Assembly (NCBI GenBank): GCA_964591445.1
Contig: CAZQAW010000002.1
Location: forward strand, 67,394-131,393
DNA from: an uncultured Candidatus Saccharibacteria bacterium
GTDB taxonomy: Bacteria > Patescibacteriota > Minisyncoccia > Phycocordibacterales > UBA9973
Length of the DNA stretch: 64,000 nt
Direction of reading: 5' to 3'
In this document: positions 55,331-64,000 of the stretch, piece after piece
Position numbering within the stretch: position 1 is the first letter of the stretch
How the letters are laid out: the number at the start of each line of letters is the position of its first letter
The notes under the pieces: model-generated
Databases searched by the model: none
The model's input: only the letters and a program-made list of their open reading frames with translations
What the model was told of the DNA's origin: nothing
Program-made: the position numbers and the translations under genes

Positions 55331-55419
55331 TTACCCATCCAATCCAAGGGCACTTGCATTTATTTAGCCCATATAGTAGAGTAGGAGCACTAGTCCGTAA
55401 GGACTTTTTTTATAGAAAT

Positions 55420-55845
55420 ATGCCAACAATCAACCAGCTCGTAAAAAAGAGCCGAAAGAAAGTACAGTACAAATCTAAAGCGGTCGCTCTCGCCCGCGGT
55501 TTCAACGCGATCCACAATCGTCCTGTATTTTACCCTGCGCCATTCAAAAGAGGCGTATGCTCAAAAGTGACGACAACTACTCCAAAGAAGCCTAACTCTG
55601 CGCTCCGAAAGATCGCCCGCGTACGACTTACGAACGGAATGGAAGTTACTGCGTACATCCCGGGTATGGGCCACAACTTACAAGAACACTCTGTAGTAAT
55701 GCTTCGCGGCGGTCGCGTGAAGGACTTGATCGGAGTACGTTACACTATCGTTCGCGGACGTTTGGATGCAACTGGTGTCGACAAGCGACGACAAGCACGT
55801 TCACGATACGGTGCAAAACGCCCAAAGGCAACAGATAAGAAATAA
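55420..55845 (+). CDS. rpsL: 30S ribosomal protein S12
   Basis: [14 protein letters not shown]...[61 protein letters not shown]. Start at ATG 55420 (the ORF track extends to 55255). Confidence 0.9.
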   Translation: MPTINQLVKKSRKKVQYKSKAVALARGFNAIHNRPVFYPAPFKRGVCSKVTTTTPKKPNSALRKIARVRLTNGMEVTAYIPGMGHNLQEHSVVMLRGGRVKDLIGVRYTIVRGRLDATGVDKRRQARSRYGAKRPKATDKK

Positions 55846-55850
55846 TTCAT

Positions 55851-56318
55851 ATGCGAAGAAAGATAAAGAACAAACGAATAGTAGAAGCTGACATGGTATA
55901 CAGCTCAGAGCGTCTTGCAAAATTCATCAACAACTTGATGTGGGATGGAAAAAAGGAAACAGCTCGCAAAGTTGTCTACGCATGCCTCGCGATGATCAAA
56001 GAAAAGACAACGCTTGACCCGCTTGAAGTCTTTGAAACAGCGATCAAGAACGCAAGCCCTCTTACTGAAGTCCGTTCTCGACGTATCGGTGGTGCAAACT
56101 ACCAGGTGCCTCGCGAAGTCCGACCAGAACGAAGACAGGCTCTTGCATTCCGATGGATCCTCGATGCTGCTCGCAGCAAGAAAGGCCAGCCAATGCACAT
56201 CAAGCTTGCGGAAGAATTGATCCTTGCTTCAAAGAACGAAGGAGCTGCGGTCAAGAAACGCGAAGACACGCACAAGATGGCAGAATCAAACAAAGCTTTT
56301 GCTCACTTTGCTTGGTAA
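55851..56318 (+). CDS. rpsG: 30S ribosomal protein S7
   Basis: 155 aa; ...RRIGGANYQVPREVRPERRQALAFRWILDAAR... Confidence 0.9.
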   Translation: MRRKIKNKRIVEADMVYSSERLAKFINNLMWDGKKETARKVVYACLAMIKEKTTLDPLEVFETAIKNASPLTEVRSRRIGGANYQVPREVRPERRQALAFRWILDAARSKKGQPMHIKLAEELILASKNEGAAVKKREDTHKMAESNKAFAHFAW

Positions 56319-56331
56319 TAATATACAACTC

Positions 56332-56370
56332 AAAAACAGCGGCGCCGGTAAACCGGCGCCGCTGTTTTGT
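56332..56370 (+). terminator. strong rho-independent terminator directly after rpsG
   Basis: ACAGCGGCGCCGGTAAACCGGCGCCGCTGT (13-bp GC-rich stem) then TTTTGTT. Confidence 0.7.
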
Positions 56371-56447
56371 TATACACATACAACTTTCGCGTCTCATGGT
56401 ACGCTATAAGTATATACAAGTCGCTTTATAAGCAATTTATTTTTATT

Positions 56448-57623
56448 ATGAAAAAAACTATCTGGGGCCTGGTGATAGCCATCATCGTAGTGCTCATTGT
56501 CATTATCAACATGCGCGTGCCGGGAGACAATCAGGAAGCATCTGGTGTCAGTACGCAACCAGGAGATGTGATTTCTTTTGTATTGGAACGTTCAGTTGCA
56601 AACAATGTAGATTATAGATCTAACTATCGTCTTGCAGGACCAAACGTGGGGCCTGCACGAGTGAAAACCTCCAATTCTCATCCAGGTTCGACGGCAACTA
56701 TCACCGAACTGAAAATCAAAGTTGCTTCAAATGTTGTAAATCCGGCAAGCGGCATTGGTATGTACGTAGGTTCGACATATACCACATTTCCTCTTGGTGC
56801 AGGTGGTATTGCTCACATCACAGGGCTCTCGATTCCCGTCACTTATGGAATGACTCAAAGCTTTCCTTTTGATATCATGTTTAGTCCGCTTGGCGGAACT
56901 GTAGTTTCTGGTTCGGTAGTCAACGCGGCAATCCAATACATCAAATATAATTTAAATGGAAGTACCTATACTAAATGTACGACATTTGGAGCTTGTAACT
57001 TCTGGATCAGTCCCTCTCAGTTGTACTATTATAATACTTCTACTTACATGCTTACGGGTTCTGTCTTTACAAACGGTCCTACCAAGCGTATACAACTTTC
57101 AAAACCTGCAGGAGCTCAGCTTACAAACGGAGTAAATAAACTTGCTGACTTTACGTTTGACACCAACAGTACTATTTTGGGACAAATGCGGATCAAAGAA
57201 GTTCCAATCACCATCAAATCTACCGGTACTGCAAACATCCCAGCCTCTGCAAACAATTTGAAAATCACAAGCGGGTCAAGCTCGTGTGCTACGGGAATAA
57301 ATCTTATACAAAATACTTCTGTTACACTTCTGGCTGGAGGTACAACGACTGTGCAAGCGGTGTTTCCTGGGAACGGCGTGCTCATCGTTCCAGGAACTTC
57401 CGTCACATTCCATGTCTGTGTTACGAACGTCGCTGGTGCAAATGGAGCAAACCCAACTTCACTTTCTACAACATTTGGACCGTCTTCAACATTCAAGTGG
57501 CAAGACGTAACTGGTAATAATCCCGCGTATTTTACTACTACGAACCCACAATTCTTGCAGGACTATCCAACCAATGCATCTGTTGTTGGCAACACTGCGT
57601 TCCCAATAAATCCGACTGAATAA
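56448..57623 (+). CDS. hypothetical membrane-anchored secreted protein
   Basis: 391 aa from MKKTIWGLVIAIIVVLIVIINM; Thr/Ser/Asn-rich beta-rich ectodomain; no motif. Confidence 0.5.
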   Translation: MKKTIWGLVIAIIVVLIVIINMRVPGDNQEASGVSTQPGDVISFVLERSVANNVDYRSNYRLAGPNVGPARVKTSNSHPGSTATITELKIKVASNVVNPASGIGMYVGSTYTTFPLGAGGIAHITGLSIPVTYGMTQSFPFDIMFSPLGGTVVSGSVVNAAIQYIKYNLNGSTYTKCTTFGACNFWISPSQLYYYNTSTYMLTGSVFTNGPTKRIQLSKPAGAQLTNGVNKLADFTFDTNSTILGQMRIKEVPITIKSTGTANIPASANNLKITSGSSSCATGINLIQNTSVTLLAGGTTTVQAVFPGNGVLIVPGTSVTFHVCVTNVAGANGANPTSLSTTFGPSSTFKWQDVTGNNPAYFTTTNPQFLQDYPTNASVVGNTAFPINPTE

Positions 57624-57661
57624 ATCCGCCCAAGGCGGATCAGCCTAGGGCTGAAATAAAA

Positions 57662-57696
57662 AAACCCGACTGCGATAAGCCGTCGGGTTTTTGTTT
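57662..57696. terminator. bidirectional terminator
   Basis: AAACCCGACTGCGATAAGCCGTCGGGTTT then TTTGTTTT; preceded by a second hairpin ATCCGCCCAAGGCGGAT. Confidence 0.6.
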
Positions 57697-57713
57697 TAGT
57701 TTTGCCAAAATAT

Positions 57714-58205
57714 TTATGGCTGGGTTCTGTATGTTTCCCATGGGGTAGCATCTGCTCCGAACTCGTTCTGGTAAACGATCCTTATATCATAATCAGTATT
57801 CGGTATCAGGTTATTGATATCCTGAAAGACGAGCCAAAAACTATATCCAGGAATATGGCACCATGTTGAGGAGGTGACTGCTGTTATCCCAGTAAGTCTT
57901 ACTTCGATCCGCATCTGCGATGTGAGCGCATTTGCATGATAGTACATCAACATCACTTGCAACTTGTTGGTAAAACGATCTACGATTACCGTGTCAATTG
58001 TAGGTGCTTGGTGGAAGGGAATAATAGTTGTAGGCGGGATTCCTAGTCTTGGGCTTTGCATCACATCGAGTGGCTCAAAACGCGGTTCCGAAAAAGTAAT
58101 TTCAGGAGCAGGTTTTGAAGGCGCTACTTCTTCACCTGTATCCTTAGTACAAGATGAAAAACCAATAATTAGCATTGCAATTAGGGTGAAGGTTTTTATG
58201 TTCAT
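57714..58205 (-). CDS. putative lipoprotein
   Basis: MNIKTFTLIAMLIIGFSSC lipobox; 163 aa beta-rich. Confidence 0.5.
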   Translation of the reverse strand: MNIKTFTLIAMLIIGFSSCTKDTGEEVAPSKPAPEITFSEPRFEPLDVMQSPRLGIPPTTIIPFHQAPTIDTVIVDRFTNKLQVMLMYYHANALTSQMRIEVRLTGITAVTSSTWCHIPGYSFWLVFQDINNLIPNTDYDIRIVYQNEFGADATPWETYRTQP

Positions 58206-58377
58206 TTTGTTGAATTTTTAAAGGGTTTGAATATCTAGCTATTTACTTATATTATATACTATTTTACCATATTTGTCAATCTCTATTATGTGGATAAATA
58301 TAAGGCTTATTTGACAAAAAATATACAATATGTATGATTTATAAAAACTGAAACTCATAATTTAAAAATTAAAAATC

Positions 58378-58974
58378 ATGGTAAAAAAAGAAAATTCCTC
58401 GCAAACTTTTCTTGCAAGAAAACTTGCATCTGTTGGAGTCACTCAGGCAGACTTCAAAAGTGCCTTTACAGAAGATAACAAGACAAATATAGGGTCATTC
58501 GGAGAAAGCGATCCCACATTTGCTAAGCTTTTGTTTCCGGAAAAAAAATTTACTAAAAAAGAAATTGCACTTTTGGACGAAGCTGTAGATTGCGCCATGT
58601 GCATCAAGAGCTCTAACAGCTACAAAAAAGCCTATGCAAGTTTGGAAGCGAAGTGTCCTGGTATTGCGGAAGTTGGACAGAAGCTTTTTCACGCTTATAA
58701 CATTATTACATATAGCGGGAGAAGAGATTTAAATAAGAATGAGCAGAAAGTCATGGATCAACTGATGAGCACGGAAATTTCTGCTAAAATGGTGAAAGAA
58801 TTACAGATTGAAGATCTGTGGGAAGACGTAAGAGGGGAAAGAAAAAATGCTGCTTCCCGGCTCCGTAAGATTCTCGAAGATCCTCTATGGAAAAGATTTT
58901 TCATTACCAAATTTGTTTCAGACTTCTCTATAACGACCGCCATATCTGAGGCGCTGAACAAGAAGATTCCTTAG
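58378..58974 (+). CDS. hypothetical protein
   Basis: 198-aa ORF, helical, no motif; terminator downstream. Confidence 0.45.
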   Translation: MVKKENSSQTFLARKLASVGVTQADFKSAFTEDNKTNIGSFGESDPTFAKLLFPEKKFTKKEIALLDEAVDCAMCIKSSNSYKKAYASLEAKCPGIAEVGQKLFHAYNIITYSGRRDLNKNEQKVMDQLMSTEISAKMVKELQIEDLWEDVRGERKNAASRLRKILEDPLWKRFFITKFVSDFSITTAISEALNKKIP

Positions 58975-58989
58975 CAGTAATAGTTTGTG

Positions 58990-59020
58990 AAAAGCCGCTT
59001 GATACCGAGCGGCTTTTTTA
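58990..59020 (+). terminator. rho-independent terminator
   Basis: AAAAGCCGCTTGATACCGAGCGGCTTTTTT. Confidence 0.65.
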
Positions 59021-59021
59021 T

Positions 59022-59050
59022 TTGCAAAAAGGGGGAGAATGTCGTATAGT
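59022..59050 (+). promoter_or_regulatory. sigma70-type promoter (TTGCAA-17 bp-TATAGT) upstream of fusA
   Basis: TTGCAA 59022..59027, 17-nt spacer, TATAGT 59045..59050; 75 bp upstream of the fusA ATG. Confidence 0.45.
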
Positions 59051-59125
59051 CTATGTATATAAGCCCTTCGGCTTTTTATTTTTATCAAGGTATTAATGTG
59101 TATGAGTTTATAAAGAATTAGTTAT

Positions 59126-61267
59126 ATGGAACGAGATTATCCACTAGAGAAAGTACGAAATTTCGGTATTATCGCGCACATCGATGCGGGTAAGACCACG
59201 ACATCAGAGCGCGTGCTCTATTATACCGGCATGAGCCACAAGATCGGTGAAGTTCACAACGGTGAAGCGACAACCGACTGGATGGAACAAGAAAAAGAAC
59301 GCGGAATCACTATTACTTCTGCGGCTATTACTTGTTTCTGGACACCGACATACGCTGGTGCTGACAAGAACAAAAAGCACCGCTTCAACATTATCGACAC
59401 TCCTGGACACATCGACTTTACTGTTGAAGTAAAGCGATCTCTTCGCGTGCTCGACGGAGCGGTTGTGGTATTTGACGGCGTTGCCGGAGTAGAACCGCAG
59501 TCAGAAACAAACTGGCGTTACGCTGACGAAGCGATGGTGCCACGAATCTGTTTCGTGAACAAGCTCGACCGAACAGGTTCTTCGTTTGAACACTCATACA
59601 AAACAATCCTTGATCGTCTCTCTAAAAAAGCGATCCGTGCTCAACTTCCAATCGGTGCTGAAGACAAGTTCGAAGGTGTTGTCGACCTTTTGAAAATGAA
59701 GGCGTACTACTTTGAAGGCGCGATGGGCGAAAAAGTTATCGAAAAAGATATTCCAGAGAGCATGTTAGCTGACGCCGAAAAGTATCACGGCGAACTCGTT
59801 GAAAAAATCGTTGAACAAGACGACGCTGTCATGAACGCGTACCTCGAAGGTAAAGTTCCGGAAGTAGACGTTTTGAAAAAGCTTCTCCGAAAAGGCGTTA
59901 TCGCAAACGAAATCTTCCCAGTGTTTACAGGAACTGCGCTCAAGAACAAAGGCGTGCAGCTCGTGCTTGATGCTGTTGTCGACTACTTGCCAGCGCCAAC
60001 AGATATTCCTCCGGTAAAAGGTATTAACCCGGACACCGAAGAAGCAGTAGAGCGAAAAGCTTCAGACGCGGATCCATTCTCAGCGCTTGCTTTCAAGGTT
60101 GCAACAGATCCATTCGTCGGACAACTCATCTTCTTCCGAGTCTACTCAGGTTCACTTGCTGCAGGTTCATACGTGTACAACCCACGAACTCGCAACAAAG
60201 AACGTATCGGACGAATCCTTCGAATGCACGCGAACGAACGAGAAGAAGTGAAGAAAGTATTTGCAGGAGAAATCGCAGCTGCGGTTGGTCTTAAAGATAC
60301 TATCACTTCAGACACACTTTGTGATGAAAACAATCCTGTTGAGCTCGATCGTATCGTGTTCCCAGAACCAGTTATCTCTCTTCGTATTGAACCAAAGACA
60401 AAAGCCGACCAAGAAAAAATGGGTATGGCGCTCAACCGACTTGCGCAAGAAGATCCAACATTCCGAGTTACTTCTGACCAAGAAACAAACGAAACGATCA
60501 TTGCGGGAATGGGAGAACTTCACCTTGAAATTATCGTTGACCGAATGAAGCGAGAATTCAACGTTGAAGCAAATGTTGGCAAGCCACAAGTTGCGTACCG
60601 AGAAACCATTCTTGGCAATGCAGAAGCAGAAGGAAAATACATCAAGCAGTCTGGAGGTAAAGGTAACTACGGTCACGTACGCATTCGCGTTAAGCCTATT
60701 GATTACTCAATCCCAGTAGAAGATTTGCCAAAGAACGTGAAGCGAGATGGATTCTTCGAATTCATCAACACTATTAAAGGAGGTGCTATTCCACAAGAAT
60801 TTATCGCTCCATCTGAAAAAGGATTCCGAGAAGGTCTCGACCGAGGTGTCGTTGCTGGATTCAAAATGGTCAACGTTTCGGTTGAACTCTACGATGGTAG
60901 CTACCACGAAGTTGACTCGAACGAAATGGCCTTCAAAATTGCCGCTTCAATGGCTGTGCAAGACGCGACAAAGCGAGCTCGCCCAGTGATCCTTGAACCG
61001 ATGATGAAAGTTGAAGTTGTAACTCCAGACAAATTCATGGGAGACGTGACTGGAAACTTGTCTTCAAAACGCGGACTTATCGAAGGAATGGAAGAACGCG
61101 GTATGAACAAAGTGGTGAACGCTGTCGTTCCTCTTTCTGAAATGTTCGGATACATGACAAACCTTCGCTCTATGACAGAAGGTCGCGCAGGATTCACAAT
61201 GGAATTCCTCCGCTACGATGTCGTGCCGCAGAACGTTGCAGACGAAATTGCAAAGTCTCGAGCTTAA
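59126..61267 (+). CDS. fusA: elongation factor G
   Basis: [24 protein letters not shown]...[12 protein letters not shown]...NKLDR GTPase motifs and full EF-G domain order. Confidence 0.95.
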   Translation: MERDYPLEKVRNFGIIAHIDAGKTTTSERVLYYTGMSHKIGEVHNGEATTDWMEQEKERGITITSAAITCFWTPTYAGADKNKKHRFNIIDTPGHIDFTVEVKRSLRVLDGAVVVFDGVAGVEPQSETNWRYADEAMVPRICFVNKLDRTGSSFEHSYKTILDRLSKKAIRAQLPIGAEDKFEGVVDLLKMKAYYFEGAMGEKVIEKDIPESMLADAEKYHGELVEKIVEQDDAVMNAYLEGKVPEVDVLKKLLRKGVIANEIFPVFTGTALKNKGVQLVLDAVVDYLPAPTDIPPVKGINPDTEEAVERKASDADPFSALAFKVATDPFVGQLIFFRVYSGSLAAGSYVYNPRTRNKERIGRILRMHANEREEVKKVFAGEIAAAVGLKDTITSDTLCDENNPVELDRIVFPEPVISLRIEPKTKADQEKMGMALNRLAQEDPTFRVTSDQETNETIIAGMGELHLEIIVDRMKREFNVEANVGKPQVAYRETILGNAEAEGKYIKQSGGKGNYGHVRIRVKPIDYSIPVEDLPKNVKRDGFFEFINTIKGGAIPQEFIAPSEKGFREGLDRGVVAGFKMVNVSVELYDGSYHEVDSNEMAFKIAASMAVQDATKRARPVILEPMMKVEVVTPDKFMGDVTGNLSSKRGLIEGMEERGMNKVVNAVVPLSEMFGYMTNLRSMTEGRAGFTMEFLRYDVVPQNVADEIAKSRA

Positions 61268-61280
61268 AATAAGAACTCAA

Positions 61281-61316
61281 AATGCCCCGCGCTGAAAAGC
61301 GCGGGGCATTTGTTTT
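61281..61316 (+). terminator. rho-independent terminator of fusA
   Basis: AATGCCCCGCGCTGAAAAGCGCGGGGCATT then TGTTTT. Confidence 0.65.
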
Positions 61317-61368
61317 CCCCTTGTTTACTACAATCTCAATCTCAGATTTGGTATACTTTACTCATCAC

Positions 61369-64000
61369 ATGAAACACTTGGGAACAAAAACTCTCGCTAT
61401 CGCAGTTCTTGTTTTTTCTCTTGGAGGAATTATTTTGAATGGGATTGACCGTGCGTATGGAAACTTCAACGCCACAGACTTGTTTGGTCAACTTGACGGT
61501 TTAGGTGTTCCGGATTTTGCGGCAGTTACTGCGAACAACAGTGCTGGAGTAGGTAATACGAACAATATTGGTTTTGATGATCCGCAGTCTATTGCGCTTG
61601 ATACTGTGAACCACCGACTGTTTGTGGCAGATTCAGACAATAACCGCATTCTTATGTTCAATCTTTCGGCGACAAACAATATTAACGATTATGTTGCGGA
61701 TGCGGTTATCGGTCAGGACAATTTTACTTCCAACCAGATCAATAAAGGATTGGGTTCGATCAATGCTGCGGGCTTGAATGATCCTCAGGGTGTCGAGTAT
61801 GTCAATAACGAACTTTTTGTTTCTGATAGCTTAAACCATCGCGTGCTTATCTTTTCTGTTCCTGTCGGTTTTGCGAACGGTATTTCTGCGATAGAACAAT
61901 TTGGCCAAGCAAATTTTACTTCAGGTTTACCAAACCGCGGCAATCCTACTCCGAACAACAATACGTTGAACAATCCAAAAGGTTTAACCACTGATACAAG
62001 TCGAAATTTGCTTTTTATCGCTGACTTGCTGAACGACCGCGTGCTTGTATTTGATATCAATCCCGCGACCCGAACAAATGTCGCATCATATGTACTTGGG
62101 GAACCGAATTTTACAACAGGTACTGGTACTGCAGCCCAAAATCGCATTAACAACCCTTATGATGTTGATTTTGATCCGATTAATACAAGACTTTTTGTTG
62201 CTGACGGACAGAACCGTCGTGTCGTTGTATTTGATGTACGAAATGCTGGGAGTGCGCCGATCAACTTGTGTCCGCTTATCGACCCGGTTATTACAACAGG
62301 TCTAGCAAATGGTATGAATGCATCATGTAGACTTGGCCAGGCCGATTGGATAAGTAACACTCCGGGAGTGACGGACCACGATTTTGAAATTATTACTGGT
62401 GTCACATACGATCCCGATAAAGAAATTTTGTATGTAATGGATACTAGTAGTCGTGTCACTACTTTTGATATTTCTACTTTCTCTCCTTATCCAACCGAAA
62501 CAGCCATCGGTGTGTTTGGTCAACCGGATTTTACGACTGCTGGCGCAGAAGACCATACGGCCGGAGGTATGCGCGATCCGGCTGCGCTTGTGTACAACCC
62601 TGTCAACCAAAACTTCTTTGTCGCTGACAGATACAACCGCGTGCTTTATTTTGAGTTTATTGATATTACGAGTACATTGGTCTCCGATGGAACAGTGGGG
62701 ATTGCGTATAATGAACCTATTTCATACATCGATTCGCAAGGGACGGTAACAATGCAAGTAACAGCAGGATCTCTTCCGCCGGGTATTTCGATTTCCGGAA
62801 CGTCACTCGTCGGCATGCCGACTTTGCAAGGCGTATATAACTTTACACTGCAGATGATTGACAGTTCTGCAGGAGTTGGAGCGTTTTATTCCGAAGAAGT
62901 GCCGTTCACTCTTACCGTCAACTTGCTTCCCCCAGGCTTTGATATCTCGCCGATTTCTGGAGATACGACTGAGCTTGGCGCAGGCACTGCAACATTTACC
63001 ATGGCACTTGCATCACCGACACTTCCTGGCGAAGATGTGACCATTGCGCTTTCATCAAGCGATCTGACTGAAGGAACGGTTTCTCCGGCGTCTTTAACCT
63101 TTACACATGGCAACTGGAATGTGCCGCAGACGGTTACTGTAACAGGTCAAGATGACCCCATTGCTGACGGAAATATTTCATACAACGTCGTGACTGCAAA
63201 TGCGGTGAGTACGTACGCAGAATATTCAAATAGAGATGTTCCAGATATCGGAGTTGTGAACATCGACAATGAAATTCCTGGATTTACTGTCGGTGCGATC
63301 AGTGCGCATACGACAGAAGCTTTGGGTACTGCAACATTTGATATCAGTATTAACACGCAACCAACATCTGCCGTTTCGGTTTCGCTTGCTTCCAATGACT
63401 CAACCGAAGGAACAGTTGCTACGCCTCTTGTCATATTCACTCCACTCAACTGGCAGACTGTACATACCATTACTGTTACCGGCGTGAACGATGATATTGA
63501 TGACGGAGATATTGCGTACAGTATTATCACTGGTGCAGCCACAAGCTCTGACCCAGTGTATTCCGGTATGTCTGTCAACAATGTTCCGGCGATCAACGAC
63601 GACGATGGTGACACGGCCGGAGTATCTCTCTCTTTGATCGACCAAAATACGACCGAAGGTGGCACGAATGGCACGTTCAGCATTGTGCTTACTTCCGAGC
63701 CGACTGCCGATGTCACTATTACACTTCTTTCGAGTGATACTTCCGAGGGCGTGATCACTACTCCGTCGGTAACATTTACCTCAGCCGACTGGGATACGCC
63801 ACAGCTCATACTTGTCGAAGGAGTTGATGACACTATCGATGATGGAGATATTGCTTATAGTATCATTACCGGTGATGCCACTTCGCTTGATGCAACATAC
63901 GATACTATGATCGTCGATGATGTTGCGGTAATAAACATTGATAATGATGCGACACCGACTGGCGGCGGAGTCGTACTGATTGAGACATTCGATCTGCATA
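61369..64000 (+). CDS. very large secreted protein: NHL/beta-propeller repeats followed by tandem Calx-beta-like/Ig-like repeats (partial, continues beyond the window)
   Basis: Hand translation from ATG 61369 gives 877 codons with no stop. Signal/TM LAIAVLVFSLGGIILNG; NHL-like blades NHRLFVADSDNNRILMF / LNHRVLIFS / LNDRVLVFD / NRRVVVFD / YNRVLYFE; then repeats ...SSDLTEGTVSPASLTFTHGNWNVPQTVTVTGQDDPIADGNISY... (at least 3 copies). Not in the ORF track because it lacks a stop inside the window. Confidence 0.7.
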   Translation, partial: MKHLGTKTLAIAVLVFSLGGIILNGIDRAYGNFNATDLFGQLDGLGVPDFAAVTANNSAGVGNTNNIGFDDPQSIALDTVNHRLFVADSDNNRILMFNLSATNNINDYVADAVIGQDNFTSNQINKGLGSINAAGLNDPQGVEYVNNELFVSDSLNHRVLIFSVPVGFANGISAIEQFGQANFTSGLPNRGNPTPNNNTLNNPKGLTTDTSRNLLFIADLLNDRVLVFDINPATRTNVASYVLGEPNFTTGTGTAAQNRINNPYDVDFDPINTRLFVADGQNRRVVVFDVRNAGSAPINLCPLIDPVITTGLANGMNASCRLGQADWISNTPGVTDHDFEIITGVTYDPDKEILYVMDTSSRVTTFDISTFSPYPTETAIGVFGQPDFTTAGAEDHTAGGMRDPAALVYNPVNQNFFVADRYNRVLYFEFIDITSTLVSDGTVGIAYNEPISYIDSQGTVTMQVTAGSLPPGISISGTSLVGMPTLQGVYNFTLQMIDSSAGVGAFYSEEVPFTLTVNLLPPGFDISPISGDTTELGAGTATFTMALASPTLPGEDVTIALSSSDLTEGTVSPASLTFTHGNWNVPQTVTVTGQDDPIADGNISYNVVTANAVSTYAEYSNRDVPDIGVVNIDNEIPGFTVGAISAHTTEALGTATFDISINTQPTSAVSVSLASNDSTEGTVATPLVIFTPLNWQTVHTITVTGVNDDIDDGDIAYSIITGAATSSDPVYSGMSVNNVPAINDDDGDTAGVSLSLIDQNTTEGGTNGTFSIVLTSEPTADVTITLLSSDTSEGVITTPSVTFTSADWDTPQLILVEGVDDTIDDGDIAYSIITGDATSLDATYDTMIVDDVAVINIDNDATPTGGGVVLIETFDLH

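Overview
This 64-kb window comes from a compact, low-GC (about 45%) bacterial genome that I cannot assign to a lineage from sequence alone. Start codons lack obvious Shine-Dalgarno motifs, yet two promoters are sigma70-like. There is an RNase Y, a trigger factor without a PPIase domain, and many very large secreted proteins, three of which end in T9SS-type C-terminal sorting-like domains. Housekeeping genes are interleaved with accessory or surface genes: a ComM/YifB ATPase, dksA-like, pnp, rpsO, xerC-like, xth, cca, hup, rny, clpP, tig, ppa, nusA, tpiA-pgk, HIT, recJ, rnhA, sodA, rpmB, rpsL-rpsG, fusA and four tRNAs. Most genes end in clear stem-loop/T-run terminators, many of them bidirectional. 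The most unusual features are: (1) two families of short palindromic interspersed elements, including a perfect inverted 112-bp pair and partial copies inserted in frame into yraN and the xerC-like recombinase, reminiscent of Rickettsia palindromic elements; (2) three near-identical 14-16-bp palindromes (TGTTTCAYRTGAAACA) upstream of yraN; (3) a 30-bp perfect inverted repeat flanking a structured 89-nt core exactly between HIT and recJ; (4) comEC split into separate channel-domain and MBL-domain genes with sodA on the opposite strand between them; (5) an RNase HI carrying a C-terminal hybrid-binding (caulimovirus VI-like) domain; (6) an HTTM-DCC fusion protein; (7) a surface-protein cluster downstream of an M50 protease that includes a tail-fibre-like protein with a Peptidase_S74 chaperone domain; (8) an uncharacterised G[YF][AI]W[SG]ENxGW repeat shared by two secreted proteins; (9) a 1727-aa LamG/Ig-like/CARDB adhesin with a 116-nt perfect internal duplication and a >877-aa NHL/Calx-like protein running off the window; (10) an AT-rich accessory stretch with a Fic protein. 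No CRISPR array, rRNA, or diversity-generating retroelement was found.
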